The translations under genes were made by a program, and so were the position numbers. A DNA stretch of 64,000 bases from Monocercomonoides exilis PA203 (Eukaryota; Protista; Preaxostyla): the NCBI GenBank assembly GCA_001643675.2, contig LSRY02000069.1, positions 169,227-233,226 on the forward strand, written 5' to 3'. The notes below the pieces were generated by a model. The model did no database searches and was not told where the DNA came from. It saw only the letters and a program-made list of their open reading frames with translations. Positions 39,474-53,288 of this stretch are shown piece after piece. Numbering within the stretch: the first letter of the stretch is position 1; the number at the start of each line of letters is the position of its first letter.

Positions 39474-39644
39474 CATAGCAAGCGATGTTATTTGTCATTT
39501 TGTTAAAAATTTAATTTTATGAAGAAATGTGATATTTATTAAATTACTATTGTTTTAATTTATTTCAGGTGTTTTTTTTTTTCTGAAAAGAATGAATTTA
39601 CCATTATAATTGTTCTTACAAATATTTTTTTAATATAATTTTTC

Positions 39645-41159
39645 ATGTTTAGCACTTCCAAAGTGCATTATAGTTTCGACAGAAAAGTAATTAAACGTGA
39701 AGTCGCTCATATTTCAGGCATATTTCAAAAAATGCCATATGAAAGAGCTTTGTACATTCTTCGAGCTTTTATGCTTGAAGACTCTTTCGGATCGCAGCTT
39801 TTCAACGATTTTATCAAATCGTGTTTACGTTTGTATATTTTTTAATTTGCTTTTTTATGTTTATTTTAATTATTAATTTTTGTTTTTTAATTTTTTAAAA
39901 CAACAATTTATATTTTCACATAAAAATAATAACAACATGTTTATCAACAAGCGACTGTTATTCAAAAAGTCAGTGATGTGCAACATTTAGCAAATTCTGC
40001 TCTTTTTTTACCTCTCGTTAACTCCTCACAACAAGCACAGACACAATCTTCTCTTCAGCAGCAGCAGTTACAACAACAACAGCAGCAGCAGCCACAACAA
40101 CAACAGCAGCAGCAGCAGCCACAACAACAACAGCAGCAGCAGCCACAACAACAACAGACTATTCCAATGTCTTCTGCGCAGTCACCTTTTCAGACTCAAC
40201 CTCAATATAAACCTCAACCTCAAAATCAAAATCAACCTCAATCTCTTCTTCATCCGCAGCAACAGCAACAAACTTCTATTTATGACTTCACAAAAATCAA
40301 TACAGAAAAGGACGAAAAAAGTTCATCCACAAATTCACATCATTTCGATAAATTTTGTATTTATTTTAAAGCTAATTCTTCATTTCAAATAAATACAAAA
40401 GAAGCAAAGAAAAACACAAAACATTCGACTTTTTCTTCAGTAATTACAAAACAAACAAAACAACAATATGCTTTATCATCATCTTTTTCTTCATTATCTG
40501 CAAAAGAAAATTCAAGATCCTGCGTTGTGATGCTTCTTTCTTCACAAAGAGGCTTGAAAAATAATGGCAGCGTGTGCTCTCTTTCTGCCATTTGTCAATG
40601 CATGGCTTCTCTTGATGTTAAATTTATAGACATTTCGAAAATGAACAGTGTGCAAAAAACATTCATGCAGCTGTTTCATCTTCTTCGAATCTCTTCGTTA
40701 AATTTTAATGTGTGGGATGGAGGTCAGATTAATAAATTTTACGACATTTATCTTGGAGGAAAGAATCAGCCAAAAGAACTGTCTGCTGTTTTTAAAAGAC
40801 TTCTCAAAGTTCTTTCCAAAAATTGTAATGAAATAAATGATATGTTTGCCATCATTTCACCAAATGTTGAAATGTGTGTTCATTGTCATGATCGCTCCAT
40901 TTCAAGAATGAGCCATAAGTTTTTTGTTACAATTAGAGGATCAGATGTTGTTTCTGGTCTTCAAGATTTAATAACTTGTAATTTTTTTTTAGTTGAGAAG
41001 AGAGAAGGAGAGTGTGTATCATGTCACAAAGATAGACAATTTTTGAAATATGTTCGTTTTTTGTATTTTCCTAAAGTGTTTAGTGTTTTATTCAACGTTG
41101 GTGATTTTTTTTCTGTAATTGCTCCTCCTCTTTCTATTCATTTGGGTGATTTTTTTTGA
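39645..41159 (+). pseudogene. N-terminal domain + poly-Q + USP gene truncated before the His box
   Basis: Exon 1 (MFSTSK...FNDFIKSCL^gtttgt) is homologous to exon 1 at 52753. Cys box GLKNNGSVCSLSAICQCM, plus CVHC and CVSC. Homology stops after APPLSI, where the GGGTGATT motif starts (41144). Confidence 0.75.
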
Positions 41160-41589
41160 TATCATAAAAAAAGATCAAAAATCGAAAAAATAAAATTTAT
41201 AGAGGTATTTATTGATCAATAAATTAAATTGATTTATTTCAAGTATTAAGCTTTTATTTCTGTAATATGTATTTGTTTTATTATTATATGCAAAAAAACA
41301 TACCTTTTTAATGTTTTTGGTGAAAAAGAATTTTTTGATCAAGTTTTATAAAAAAATTGAAAAATCAATCTTTAAAAGGAAAATAGAAATTTCATAATTG
41401 GCAAAACAAAATATTGCAAAGAAAAAGTTTACAAAGAAGAATATTAAAGAAAAAAAGAAAACAAAATTGTTAATTTTTATTGATCAAAAAATGTTAATTT
41501 TCATTTTTTTTTCCCCTCACCTTTGTATAGCCAACAAATCTCCATTCCTTTTATTCGATTCATCGGATTCATCAAACGTTAAACGAAAT

Positions 41590-41845
41590 CGTGGAAAATT
41601 AGAAAAGCTGAGTTCAATGGATGGATCCCCCTCATTGCCCAGAACAAAATCGTTGCAAATGGTGGAACTGATGCTGATGTCTGTGGCAGACCCCAACAGA
41701 CCCCATGTGCCACCATCGAGTATGCCCTCAACGGCTTCATTTCCCTCCTCCAAGACGCCTCTCTTACACTCCTCAGCTCAACATTTGTTTCTCTTCAAAC
41801 ACTCACCTTCAGCGCTGTTGACACTAAAATCACTGGAAATGATAT
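41590..41845 (+). pseudogene. Fragment of an adhesin-like/beta-helix surface protein family (paralogue of 58014-58742)
   Basis: Reads GWIPLIAQNKIVANGGTDADVCGRPQQTPCATIEYAL, versus GWLPLISQNKIVSNGGSDVDACGRHQHAPCATIEHAL at ~58430. Confidence 0.65.
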
Positions 41846-42917
41846 TATTTTTCTTATTTCTTTATTATTCCTTTCATTTTCAAATTTTGACATTTTCCAT
41901 ATCATATAAAACTCCTTGAGCCTTCGTAGCTTTTCATTTGATGAATATATCTTTGCTTTTCTTTCATAGATCCGAAAATCAGCTCACATAGAAATATTTC
42001 TTTTCCGCTTTCTTATCTAATTTCGCTTCTTCATCAAATGCAAATTTCGCTTGTTGCTAAATGGAATCATCCGTTTTCCTTTCTTCAATCATATTTGGTA
42101 ATTTTCTTCAAAAACATTTATTTCCTCAACATTCCGATTTCAACATGCTTGTATCCGATTCACTTAACTGCCTTTTCCAAATTCTCTTTAAATAAGCCTT
42201 TTCCTCTGAATCAATTTCCCTCATCCTTTCATTTCCTGCAATTCACGTGGTTTTGATGTTGTGAAATCAATTGAAGGTTATTTTTTGGAACTCGTTCATA
42301 CCAAATATCATTTTTGCCCTGCTCCTTCTGTTTTCTGTGAATTCTTTCAATCTTAAAACGAAATGGCCAAAATAGAATTTCTTGTAGATTGCATGCCTTA
42401 TGATTAGCTTTTCTCGATAGGATTTAGAATCATTTCCGTTGCTGTGTCAGGTTGGTTGAAATTCTATGTCTGAATAAATATTTCTTTCGTCTTTCTGAGT
42501 AGGAATGAAAGACGAGGCCTGATGATGAATTTGACGGGAGCTGAATGAAAGAGAAGGAGCAGAAGATAACGATGGTGAAAGAGAAGACGAAGAAGTTACG
42601 GAAGGCAGGGATAGCGGAGAAAGAGAACCAGGATCAGCAAGACTAGCAGAAGATAGAAGTTTAGCTTGGGACTGCAGTGAAGGAGATAAAGATGTTCTGA
42701 GAGAAAAAGAAGATTGCTGTTGGATGTTCATAAACAAGGAAGAATTGACAAGCGAAGAAGTGCAGTTAGAGAGAGGATGAAGGGCAATGTTTGAATTTGA
42801 AGTGAAATCAACAGCTGAATCTCAAAGCGCAACCAAATTGTGGGTAGGGTGTTTCTGTATCAGATCCATCACCTTTGAATACTTCTTCAACGTGAAGAAA
42901 GATGCCAACTTTGAGAA

Positions 42918-44764
42918 CTACAACGTATCTCTTTTCCCAGGCACACTGCTCAGACTGAATGTTCTTGTCCCTTTCTCCTTCTGAAACAGCAGAGGTGATC
43001 CTTTCCCTGCTCCTTTCCTTCCCTTTCTGTGTGTCACCTCTGCTTCCTCTTTGTGTGTCCACCAGCCCCTCCACTTCATCCTCCTTCCTCTTCTCAGCTC
43101 CGCCCGGCTTTGCCACAGCCCACTCTTCAGCGCACTCATCAGATCCAACCGCGTTCTTGTCTGCCTCGCGTCTACTGCTGCATACGCAGGCTCTTTTCGC
43201 ATCTTCCACACAAATTGCCCATTTTCCTCGCTTTTGATACGCACATAACGGTAGTGCACATCCAGTTCATCGCTCAAATCTTCCAGGTCAGAATTTGCGA
43301 GGTCATTCAGCATGCAGTCCAATTTCCGCTCTCTTGTCAAAATTGGCGTTTGACTTTCTTTCGCCTCTTGCTGCACATCGCTTGTCATTTTGCTCTCTTT
43401 CTGGTTGGTTGGCGTGCCTGTCTCAAAGTGTGGTTGTAGTATTCCTTGGATGCTGCTAAACAGATTCTTCTCTTTTACTTCTTTCTCCATTTTCCTGCGC
43501 TCCCGCTCTTCTTTCTTCTTTTGTATTTCCTTCAGTTTCATCAGTCGAAGCAGTTTTTCTCTCTGATCATCAGATTCCAATGAACAAAATATGATCTTCG
43601 CTTTTTCATCGTCTTCTTTCCCTCTCTCATTCTGAAATTCATCTTGCATAACCTTTGTCACTTCTTTGTTCAAATCCTTCATCCTCATCACACCCAACGT
43701 CACCCCTCCTTCTCCTCCAACAACAACAACTGTTGATGGAAGCGTTATTGGTGCACCAACAGCTCCTCTCCCCATCTCCATCTCTTGGCTGTACACAATC
43801 AACGCTCTCCCTCCAACTCCTCTTCATCCACCGTCCATTCGCTTCCCTCGTGTAAAGTGTATCGTTCCAAATCACCTCCTCCGGAAGAATATTGTTTAGG
43901 CTGTGGAGAATGTGATAGCGTTGGAGACGGAATTGTTGTTCTGTTACTGCTGCTGCTTCTGTTTTTGCTTGGATTGTTATGAAAGAGGCTCTGGTTTTGG
44001 CTCATCTGAATGCGTTTCGTCTTTTTTGCCGTTTCTTATTGATTCTTTTGCGTTTGTATTCTTTTCTGCTTCTTTTTTATTGTCTTTGCTTTTCAAGCAA
44101 CTTCTTTGCGGTTGTTCATTGAATCATCCAAAATTGCTTTTTGATTTTCGTCTTTTCCTTCATCTGTATTGCCTTCAACTTCTTCCCTGTTTCCATTTCC
44201 ATTTCCAGAATTTGTTGCTTCTTTCTCTTCTTTCTCACATTCTTTATCATCTCCTTCATTTTTTGCAGCATTCCCACTCATTCCTGATCTTTTTATAGAT
44301 TCATCAATCGGCGTCGGAGAAAGCAGCAAGTTTGGTCTGACCATCAAAAGCACTTCGTTCACAACAGAATCACGTTGATGCTCAAGCGCCTGATAATACC
44401 TTCGCATCAATCTCTGTTTCTCTCTCCGTTTGTACCTCTTCTCTCTTCTCTCTTCTTCATCACTGATGATGGAGCTGTCGTAAAGGCATTCGCTTTCTTC
44501 ATTTCACTTCGGTTCCTTTAAAGAATTTCTTCTGATCAGTGAATAATTCTCGTTTTCTTTTGCTTTCACTTTATTTTCTTTTTCATCATCATTGTTATCT
44601 CCTTCATTAGCAGGCTTCAATACCTTCCTCAACTTAATTTGTCCTCTTATCCTTCGCTCTCTCTCTTTCTCTCTTCCTCTTCTCCAAATTCTCCGCATTC
44701 CGCTCCACCATCCGAAACTCTGCAAACAGCGGAAGCGCCTCAAATACATCGGGAGGGAGAACAA
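42918..44764 (-). pseudogene. Fragmented uncharacterised gene-family member (paralogue of 1-960)
   Basis: Shares MEMGRGAVGA...VVVVG...EVTKVMQDEFQNE and TTIPSPT segments with the window-start copy. Confidence 0.5.
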
Positions 44765-44840
44765 AATATTGTCTTTTCCTTCTTCTTCCGAACTGCTGCC
44801 TCATCCTCCTCATCTGCTCTTCGCTTGTTAGAAATCTGTT

Positions 44841-46675
44841 TCAAGAAGAGCGAAGCAACGAGGAGGAAGAAGAAGAGGAGGAAAAAGAAGAGGAAGAAGA
44901 ACAATGTGAAGCACCAGAAGCAGCAGTCACTTGCGCACAGCGGTTGAGATAGCGTCGGCGGAGGAGAGGATGCATTGCTCTTATGCGGCGAGCCATGGAA
45001 ATCTCAGAACGATGAGGTGGTTTAGGATGGAGAGAGAGGTCAGTTACTGCTGGAGAAGATGAGGAAGATGAAGAGGAGGAAGAGGAAGTTGAAGGAGATG
45101 ATTGAGGAAGAGAAAGAAAAGATTCATTGGACAATGAAGAAGGAGATGTGCCTGTTCCTGTGCCAACACCAGCAATTGAATGTGTCAAAAAGGTTTGTGT
45201 TGAATTTTGATTGCTTTTTCTCTGTCTTTGTCTTCGAGGCACATAAGATGGATTCTGCAGAGTTGCTTCTTGTGGCGGAAGGTTCACAGGAAGATGCAGA
45301 CGCGGCGCATGTATTCTTTTGAATTCTTCGATGATTTCATCAATTTCTGCTTTTTCTGCTATTTCTTGCGATGAATTCACTTCTGACTGTACGGATGAAG
45401 AGGAAGATGAAGAAAAATATGATGATGATGATGATTTCCGTATTGATGTCAATGATAACGCTTATTTCTATGACTATGCCTGTTCTACTTCATTTGTCTG
45501 TTTCTATCTCATAAACATTCGCACACCGGAAACACACATTCTTCTGTCAAATCGTCTGTCATTGGAATAATCTGCAACCAAATGCCGAAGGCTCTCGTTT
45601 TCGCTGATTGGAGCTAAGGAGTGGCAGAAGCGATGATTTGATGCAAGAGCAGCTTCAGAACAGAATTTGGCGTAGTAGAAGAGGCTGAAGAAGAAAGTGT
45701 TGATATTTCATCTGCATTGCTCCACATCTCTTTGTCTTCATCTTCAGTCTTTTCAATTTCTCTTCCTTCTTTTTCACTTTTTCTCTCTCCTTCTCTCTTC
45801 CTCCTTCTTTCTCTAAATAACCTCCATTTCATTAATGAATATCTTATATGGGAACAATAATTTCTTCAACTCATCATCCGACGCTGCTGTTAGCTATATA
45901 AAATAAATGATACAAAAGACTCCATTTTTCTGTCCATTGTCTTTTTGTTAATAAATACCTGTGCTTGAAACGCCCAGCAGCGGTGGTGCAAAGTTTGGAG
46001 AGAGGAAGGAAGAGACGACGTTATTGATTAAGGAATGCGCTTCAGGCGTGAAAACATATGAATACGATGGGAAGAATTGAGCGATCAGTTCATTGATGTT
46101 CTTTTGGTGGAAGGAGGTTCTTGTAAAAGAAGAAGAACGTTGGGATGAGTTGGAAGATGTTGAAGATCTGCAAAAATCCACATATTGATGGCTCGTGGCA
46201 GCTCTGGTTGTGCTTGTGATGTTACACAAAAAAGATGTTCTATCTGCCTAGGATATTTGAGGCAAGGGAGCTTTTGGTGGAAGCTGAATCATTTATTGAG
46301 GCAAAGTGAGAAAGAAGAGAGGAGGAGAAGGAGATCTGTGGTGTTTGAATGGAGTGTCATTCACAGAAGATAAGGAGTGACATTGAAAGAGGAGAACTTT
46401 TATTGGAAAGAGGAGATAATTCCTGCTTTTTGAGAAGCGCACATGACTTACTCGATCATGGAAACAACAAAGCTGCTTGTGTATGACTGATTTGAGAAGG
46501 AAGAAGAAGAAGAAGGCATTGATGACGAAGAGAAGAAATGTTTAGTGGTCTGTGAGAAGAGGAAGTCTCGTTTCATGTGGAATGAACAGTCAGCTGCAAC
46601 ACAGTGACAATAGTGGAAGCCAAATGCGCAGAAGAGAGTTCCTGGTTCATTCTTTTTCATCAGCTCTGATTCCAA
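44841..46675 (-). pseudogene. Ser-rich hypothetical gene fragments
   Basis: Short minus-strand ORFs with Ser tracts. No domain recognised. Confidence 0.3.
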
Positions 46676-47659
46676 TGATGAAAGAAATGATGTGAAGCGG
46701 TTGTGGTTTAGACACAGTGCTCAAACTTAGAAAAAGAATCTGTATAAAAAAAAACATGAAAAGGGATAGTTCATCAGTTTATGTATCAATTAATTGAAAA
46801 AAATTAAAATAAGAGTTTGAAAAAATAAAAAATAGAAAAACAAGTAATACGATAAAAACAATAATAACAATAATCAAAAAAAATTTCAAACCTTATTAAA
46901 TGATGAATTGCTCTTTCATCGTATCTTGTATAGAGCTTATTAGCAATTGTTTGAATAAGTCCAATCTGACTGGAAAGATTGAATGAATCGGTGATTTTCA
47001 TGCAGATGTGACACATACAAAAAATTCGATGAAGATTGAAAATAAGCACATTCACAAAATGGACGTTGCTGTCAACACACATAAAAAAGATGAAGTTCAT
47101 AATGAATGATGGAAAAAAATTCAGAAAATTTCAAAAATTCAAAAATACATTAAAAAATAAACACACAATAATTCTTTGTTATTATTATAAGAAAATTTCA
47201 ACTCACACCACATCGCTTCAGATCTTCTCCATTGCAAAAGTAGATCCGTCTGGAACTCTTTTCTTTTCTCTCGCTGAGTTAAGAATCTCCTCAACCTCCT
47301 TCACCATCTCCGCTTTCCTGACTTATCTCTTCTTCGAGAAATCTGGCAACATTGAATGGAAAAACTCAATTTCCGCGATAATTGCTGTATTCACTTGCTG
47401 TTCTTGCAAAGCTTGCTGCTCTGCGCTCGCTCAACTTCGACTCCTCTCCAAACTCCTCCAATGATATAAATTATGTCTTTTTTTCGATCGCAATCTTCTT
47501 TTGCCGTATGATATTCTTTTTTGTCAGCGTTTCTGTCCCATTTGACACAAACAGCGAAGAATCCAACGCGGACAAATTGATCCCACTGATGTTTCCATTT
47601 CCCCCTCTTCCTCTGCTGCTTCTTCCACATTCATCAGTAACTGGTCTGCGTGTTGTGAC

Positions 47660-47998
47660 TCAAATATTAACCACGAAGCTTACACATTCTCTTCTGTTGT
47701 ATCCTCCCAGGCTGCGCGGATAACAGTGCAGGTTAAAGAACTTTGCAAGGGGGTCCGCACCTAAAATGAGCAGGTCGTTCGTCGCCCACTTCTCATCGAC
47801 AGTGAGTCTGCCATCATAAACAATCCAGTTCTCGTTTAGCACATAGAAGAGGTTCGTATCCACGTACCGCACCGCAAACAAAATATACAGCGCGCACTTA
47901 CTGTTCATCTGAAGTATCCTCGTCGGCTTCTCCTGTCGCAGCCTACAGAACAAGTTCATAGCATGCTGTGGATCGGATGAAGGCTGTGGAGCAAGCAC
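47660..47998 (-). pseudogene. CFAP61-like (cilia/flagella-associated protein 61) fragment
   Basis: VDTNLFYVLNENWIVYDGRLTVDEKWATNDLLILGADPLAKF resembles the CFAP61 motif LVYDGRLVID..FHTND..I.AAGPLTKF, recalled from memory. Surrounding frames are broken. Confidence 0.55.
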
Positions 47999-48911
47999 AA
48001 GAGAAGAGATTTCGCTGTTAACATGCTGAGTATTCTTCGCAAACTGTGTTTATGGAAGATGTTGACCTTCACCTCTTCGTCATCTGCCTCGTCCCGCTTG
48101 TCAAACATCCTTTAAACCACAGACACTCTTGACGCGCCTTCCTCTCCTCCTTTCCTCAGGACTCTTATTCCTTGTTCCTCATTCTTCTTCTCCTTCAGGA
48201 GCGATTGCAGATGGCAGATCTTGTCCAAGTTTTTGTTCTTTGTTTCCTCAAATCGCATCAACTTCAGCTAAATACGATTTGTGACTGGAATTAATGATAA
48301 ATCCTTTTGCTCCATCCTTCCATTTAGCCTCCTCAACCATCTGTGCCTTCGTGAAATTTTTCTGTTTCTTTTCTTTTCTTTTCTTTTCTTTTTTTTCTGC
48401 CCCTCTTTTTCGTTCTCAATCTCTTTTTCTGTTGCTCCTTCCACTTCCTCGTTTTCCCAAACCTGTTCCATTGCCTTCCTCTTTCTCCTCTTCTTTCCTT
48501 TCTTCAGGACCCTCAGAGCATGAATCTCTGGAAGAACCTGTTTCAAACATAATATCAAATTCACGAGTTCCGATGAACTGCTGTTCGATTAGCTCGTGTC
48601 TTTGGTTTTGATCTATTCAAGCAGCTCCATCTTCCGCTCATCTCCTGTTGAGAAGATGAAAAAACTCTTATGCAACAAATGAAGCTCATACAAAAAAGAC
48701 ATTATAACAGCCATGACGAAAATTGTTGGGAAAAATTAAAAATAACAAATCAAAAGGAAAAGGAAGAATACGAAGATGATGCTTGCGAAGATTATTGGCA
48801 ATTCAATTGTAATACCTAAATATTAAATTACAAAGGCAATTATCATCAACTGAACGAAATATTTGAAAATTGATTTATCTTTTATTTTTTCAAAAAAATT
48901 TATTAATTGAA

Positions 48912-51900
48912 AAGATCATGGGCGTTTTGGTCATTTTATTTTTTTGCTTAAAACAGCATAAAATGATATTTTCAGCTTGTAAAGTACAGAAAAAGTGACT
49001 TTCAATGTTGACCAAAATGCACAAATAATTTGGTTTTTTTAAGATCATTAATTTTGAATATTCTATTTAATTTTTTTTTTTTTGTTTTTTTTTTTTTTTT
49101 TATTTTTTATTATTTAATAATTAACTTTTTGTTATTTTTATCGAATGATTCAAATGAATTTCTCTTTTTCTATTTCTTTTTTTTTTTTATTAATTTTTGT
49201 TACAAAAACTGAAGTGAGAAAAAACAAGCATTAGCAATAAATTTGAAGTGTGAAATATGTCACATGACTTTTTTATAAAAAGAAAGTGAAGGTTTCCAAT
49301 TTTCTTGTGACATTAAAATCCAGTATTCCTCCCATTTGTCTGGAATTATTTCTGACACGCTATTATCATTGCACTCCAAAAAAATTGAAGAATATGACGG
49401 TCTATTCACATCCTTTTTGACAATCGCAATAAAATGACCTTGCTCGTATATAGCTGTTGAGTGAATTATGCAACCAACCAAATCATAAACGATAGATCGC
49501 TCAATATCCTTCAAAATCAGATCCCTTTCTTCCTTGAACTTAAATGGGTTTTTTATTTCCATGTCATTCGGTCCCGGTCCCTTTACAACAAACACAATCG
49601 ATTTTGGAGGTGCGACAACCCTGAAAGATTCATTGACATTATGATTAATTGTAAGAATATCTGGAAATGATACAAAACGCACGAAAGGAATACAGGGTTT
49701 GTCCGTTTCACACCTATTACACCTTCGATTTCGTTGTTCTGTGATAAGATTAATGTTTGTTAGTAATTTTAACAGGCCTCCGATAATGTCAGATCCATTT
49801 ATTGTGAAATAATACCTCGTTTCACGATTCGAGACTAAGAAATTTTCACAATGAGTGCATTCACGAACGTTTTGGCTGTTGATTGAAAACATATGATAGA
49901 TTTTATTCTTTTTATCCGACAACATATCCAACATTTTGTCAAAAACATCAGTCAGTTTTTGTGCCACATTTCTTGGTCCAATTTTCAATTCGTAAAAGTT
50001 CCATATAACTGTTCCATTCCAAACTTTGCTGTTCTTTTTTGACTTCCGGAGCATTTCGAATAATTGAATGAACTCTGCTTGTTCATCGTTCATCATTGCA
50101 ACTTGATTGCTGTTAATGTCAAGTGCAGCGAAACATTGACAAACAGAAGATAATGAACAGACACTTCCTGTGTTCACAAGCCCTCTTTTCGACTCCAATT
50201 GTTGCAACACACATGAACGTGATTTCTCTTCGTTTTCATCATCCCGTTTGAGTGTATATGAAAAAGGTTTTAATAGTTCGTTTGAATCTTTCTTTCTTTT
50301 TTCAATATTTTCTTCAGCTTCAAAATGAAAATTATTAAGATAATCAACTATTCTATCAATTGAAGAAGATGGAGAAATTGTCTTTTCTATTGGGACAGTT
50401 GGTGGTTGTGAGAAAGATGATTGTTCTGGAGCAAATGATGGAGAATTCTGCAGAGAGGACAAAGAAAAATTATGATATGCGTAAGATGTTGAATTTTTCG
50501 CGTTTAAAAACAGCAGTGATGATTGTGGTGAGTTTCCTGAAGGTGATGAAGAATTTGAATCAAAAGGAGAAGATGCTGTGAATGCTTCTGAAGTTGGGGA
50601 AGAAGAGAACGCAAAAAGCGATTCTTGAATAACTGTTTGAGAGGTTCTTGTGGATTTTTCATTTTGGAATGGAGTCTTCATAGAACATTCTGATAAATGA
50701 AATGAACCGTCTTCAGTTGCTGAAAAGGGAGAGGAGGGAGGGGAGGGAGGGGAGGGAGATGAGGGAGATGAGGGAGATGAGGAAGAGGAAGAGGAAGAGG
50801 AAGAGGAAGAGGAAGAGGAAGAGGAAGAGGAAGAGGAAGAGGAAGAGGAAGAAGATGAAGAAGTGTGAGGCGGTTCAGAAGAAGAAGAGAAAAAAGATGA
50901 AGAAATAAGATCTTTTTGTGTGGATGGTAAAGTTTGGTGAAGTTGCAATGAAGAAGAGGAAGGTGAAGGGGAACAAGAAGAGGAGGAGGAGGATACAGAA
51001 GAAGATGATGAAGGAATAAATGAATAATTAGGAATAGAATTAAAAGAAGGAGGAGGAGAAGAAGAAGAAGAGGAAGAAAAGGATAATGAGGAAGAGGAAG
51101 AGGAAGATGATGATAACAGAGGCAAAGGAGGAAGTGCAGAAGTTGATGATGCTTGGATAGAAGTTGAAGTTGAAACATCTTCTGCAGCGGGTGATGAGGA
51201 AGGAGACAGAGAAGAAGGCTGAGCTGAAGTTGTTGTTGCTGAGGAAGCTGATGCAAAAGGAGAGGATGAGGAGGAAGTAGAATTGATCTCATTTTTCAAT
51301 GAAGAAGTGTTCGCATGAGAATGATATGATACATTGGAAAGATCACTTTCAGAGTTGATATTGCTCACGTTAGGCGGAGGAAATGAGCGATCAACTGAAG
51401 CAGATAATGATGAGGAGAAGATAAGTGGTGTTCCAAGTGAAGAAGAAGAGGAAGAAGATAAAAAAGGACAAGATGAAGAGGAAGTGGAAGAAGATGAATT
51501 GCGTTCAAGGGATGCATTGAAAGGGGATGAAGATGGGGGAGAAGAGACATCGGGTACGGAAATGATGGGGAAAGAGGAGATGTTGGTGAAGGAGTTGGGT
51601 GAGGAAGAAGAAGAGGAGCAATGCAATGAAGAAGATAACAATGGCTGAGAAGGATTTGAAGCCGAAGAGTTATTATCATTTGATGATGACGGAAACTTTG
51701 ACATCATTGATTGATCAGTATTATTCTTCAATTGTGGCAATGTTGAATGAATGAATGAAGAACTCGAAGTGAATGAAGAAAATGAGCTTGTTGATGTATT
51801 TCCCAGTGGAGATGCAACTGATGAGACTGGAACAGAAAAAGAAGGAATCGAAATATTTTTTGAAGCAATATTTTCAGGCAATTTGTTGCGTTTTTTCTCT

Positions 51901-53065
51901 GTTAGAGAAGGCTCATGAAAAAGTGATGAAGTGGATGGTAAAGGAAGAGAAGCACTTGATGAAGAATGAGCTAAAGATGAAGAAATTTTTTCTGAAGAAA
52001 AAGGAACGAATGAGGATAAAGGAAATGTGTTGAAAGGAGAGTCAGGTGAGATGGAAGGCGGAGATGAGAAAGGAGAAGGAAATGAAGTCAACGATGAAGA
52101 AGAAGACTGAACATGAAGAGGGTTAAATGAAAATGCTTCTTTTCTTTTATCTTCTTCGTCATATCTCCTGCTCGATGATGTGTCGCTTTCTTCATCAAAA
52201 CTGAGCAAGAATTCCTTACTGAAATTTTCATTTATTTCACTTCTTCTGAATGTATTTTCTTTCGGAAGCAGTTTCCTTTTTCTTTGTTGAATCCAATTAG
52301 CATCATCATATAAGGATATTTCTATATTGTATCCGTATTCATTTCGTAATTCCTTTTGTGTATAATTTTCTGTTAATGCAATAATCATCTTATTCTTGAT
52401 GGGAGCAGAAGCATCATTGAACGCAAACTTCAATTCTTTCACAAGACACGTGAGAGGTGCTTCAAAGAAGGTTTCGAAAGAAAGATAAATTTATAAATTA
52501 GGAAAAAAATGTTAGCACAAAGAAAAATGATGAAAAAAAATTTAGAATGATTACAATAAAAAAACAAACAAAGAGGTGATTTCATGTAATCAAAACAAAG
52601 CAATTTGCCTAAATCGTTTTCATTCACGAACTTCGTAAACACAAGCAAGGCTCTATCGTATGGCATATTACGAAGCAATTCTTCGATGCTGTCAACGTCT
52701 GCTTTAATTGACTTCCTGCTCATTCCATGATGTTTTCTTCCAGAATTGAACATAGAAAAATATCTTTTCTTCAATTTTATCAGCAAGAAATAAATATTGA
52801 TTGAAGATAGTTAAAAATAATGAAAACACAAAATTATAAAATTTCAAATAATGAATTCAGTGCTGTTCTTAACCTCTTTCACAAAGATGAATAGAAAATG
52901 AAAACAGGAAAAAATGTTTTTAAGTGATTTTTGATCAGAAATATACAAATAACTTGTGCATTTTGCGCGATCCAAAAAACTTTATTTTCCTATTCTAATT
53001 TGTATTTTTGATCAAGTTGTGCTGAACAAAACAAAAACAATTCATGCCCAAATTGCCATGATCTT
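48912..53065. mobile_element. Non-autonomous TIR element (~4.15 kb) with a 4-bp TSD TGAA, carrying a USP gene
   Basis: TGAA|AAGATCATGG ... CCATGATCTT|TGAA. ~140-bp imperfect TIRs (48912-49055 / 52928-53065) share CAAAATGCACAA.T.ATTTG...GATCA. Confidence 0.7.
49260..52753 (-). CDS. Transposon-derived N-terminal domain + long Ser-rich linker + USP (peptidase C19) protein, no DDE core
   Basis: Open 1060-aa frame. Cys box GLVNTGSVCSLSSVCQCF, CTHC/CNRC pairs, His box YDLVGCIIHSTAIYEQGHFIAIVKK...FLECNDNSV. Exon 1 runs from 52753 (MFNSGRK...YMKSPL^gtttgt). Confidence 0.85.
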
Positions 53066-53288
53066 TGAAAATAACAAAAAAATTTCCAAACATGAATATT
53101 CGTTATTTATTCTTTATTATTAATGAAAAAAAAATAAAACTTGCACACTCAGACTAAAATTTGAAGTTCAAACTGATTTAAACATTCATATCTTGAAATT
53201 GTGTCATTTTGGAAACTTTCATTCGGAAAAGTTCTTGAAGAAGTTGATAAAGAACTGACTGAAAGAATCGCAAACATTTGAACAAGAA

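Noticed and set aside
39978-40270. Non-standard genetic code (TAR = Gln) for the whole window
   Set aside because: Gln tracts use only CAA/CAG and homologous genes terminate at TAA.
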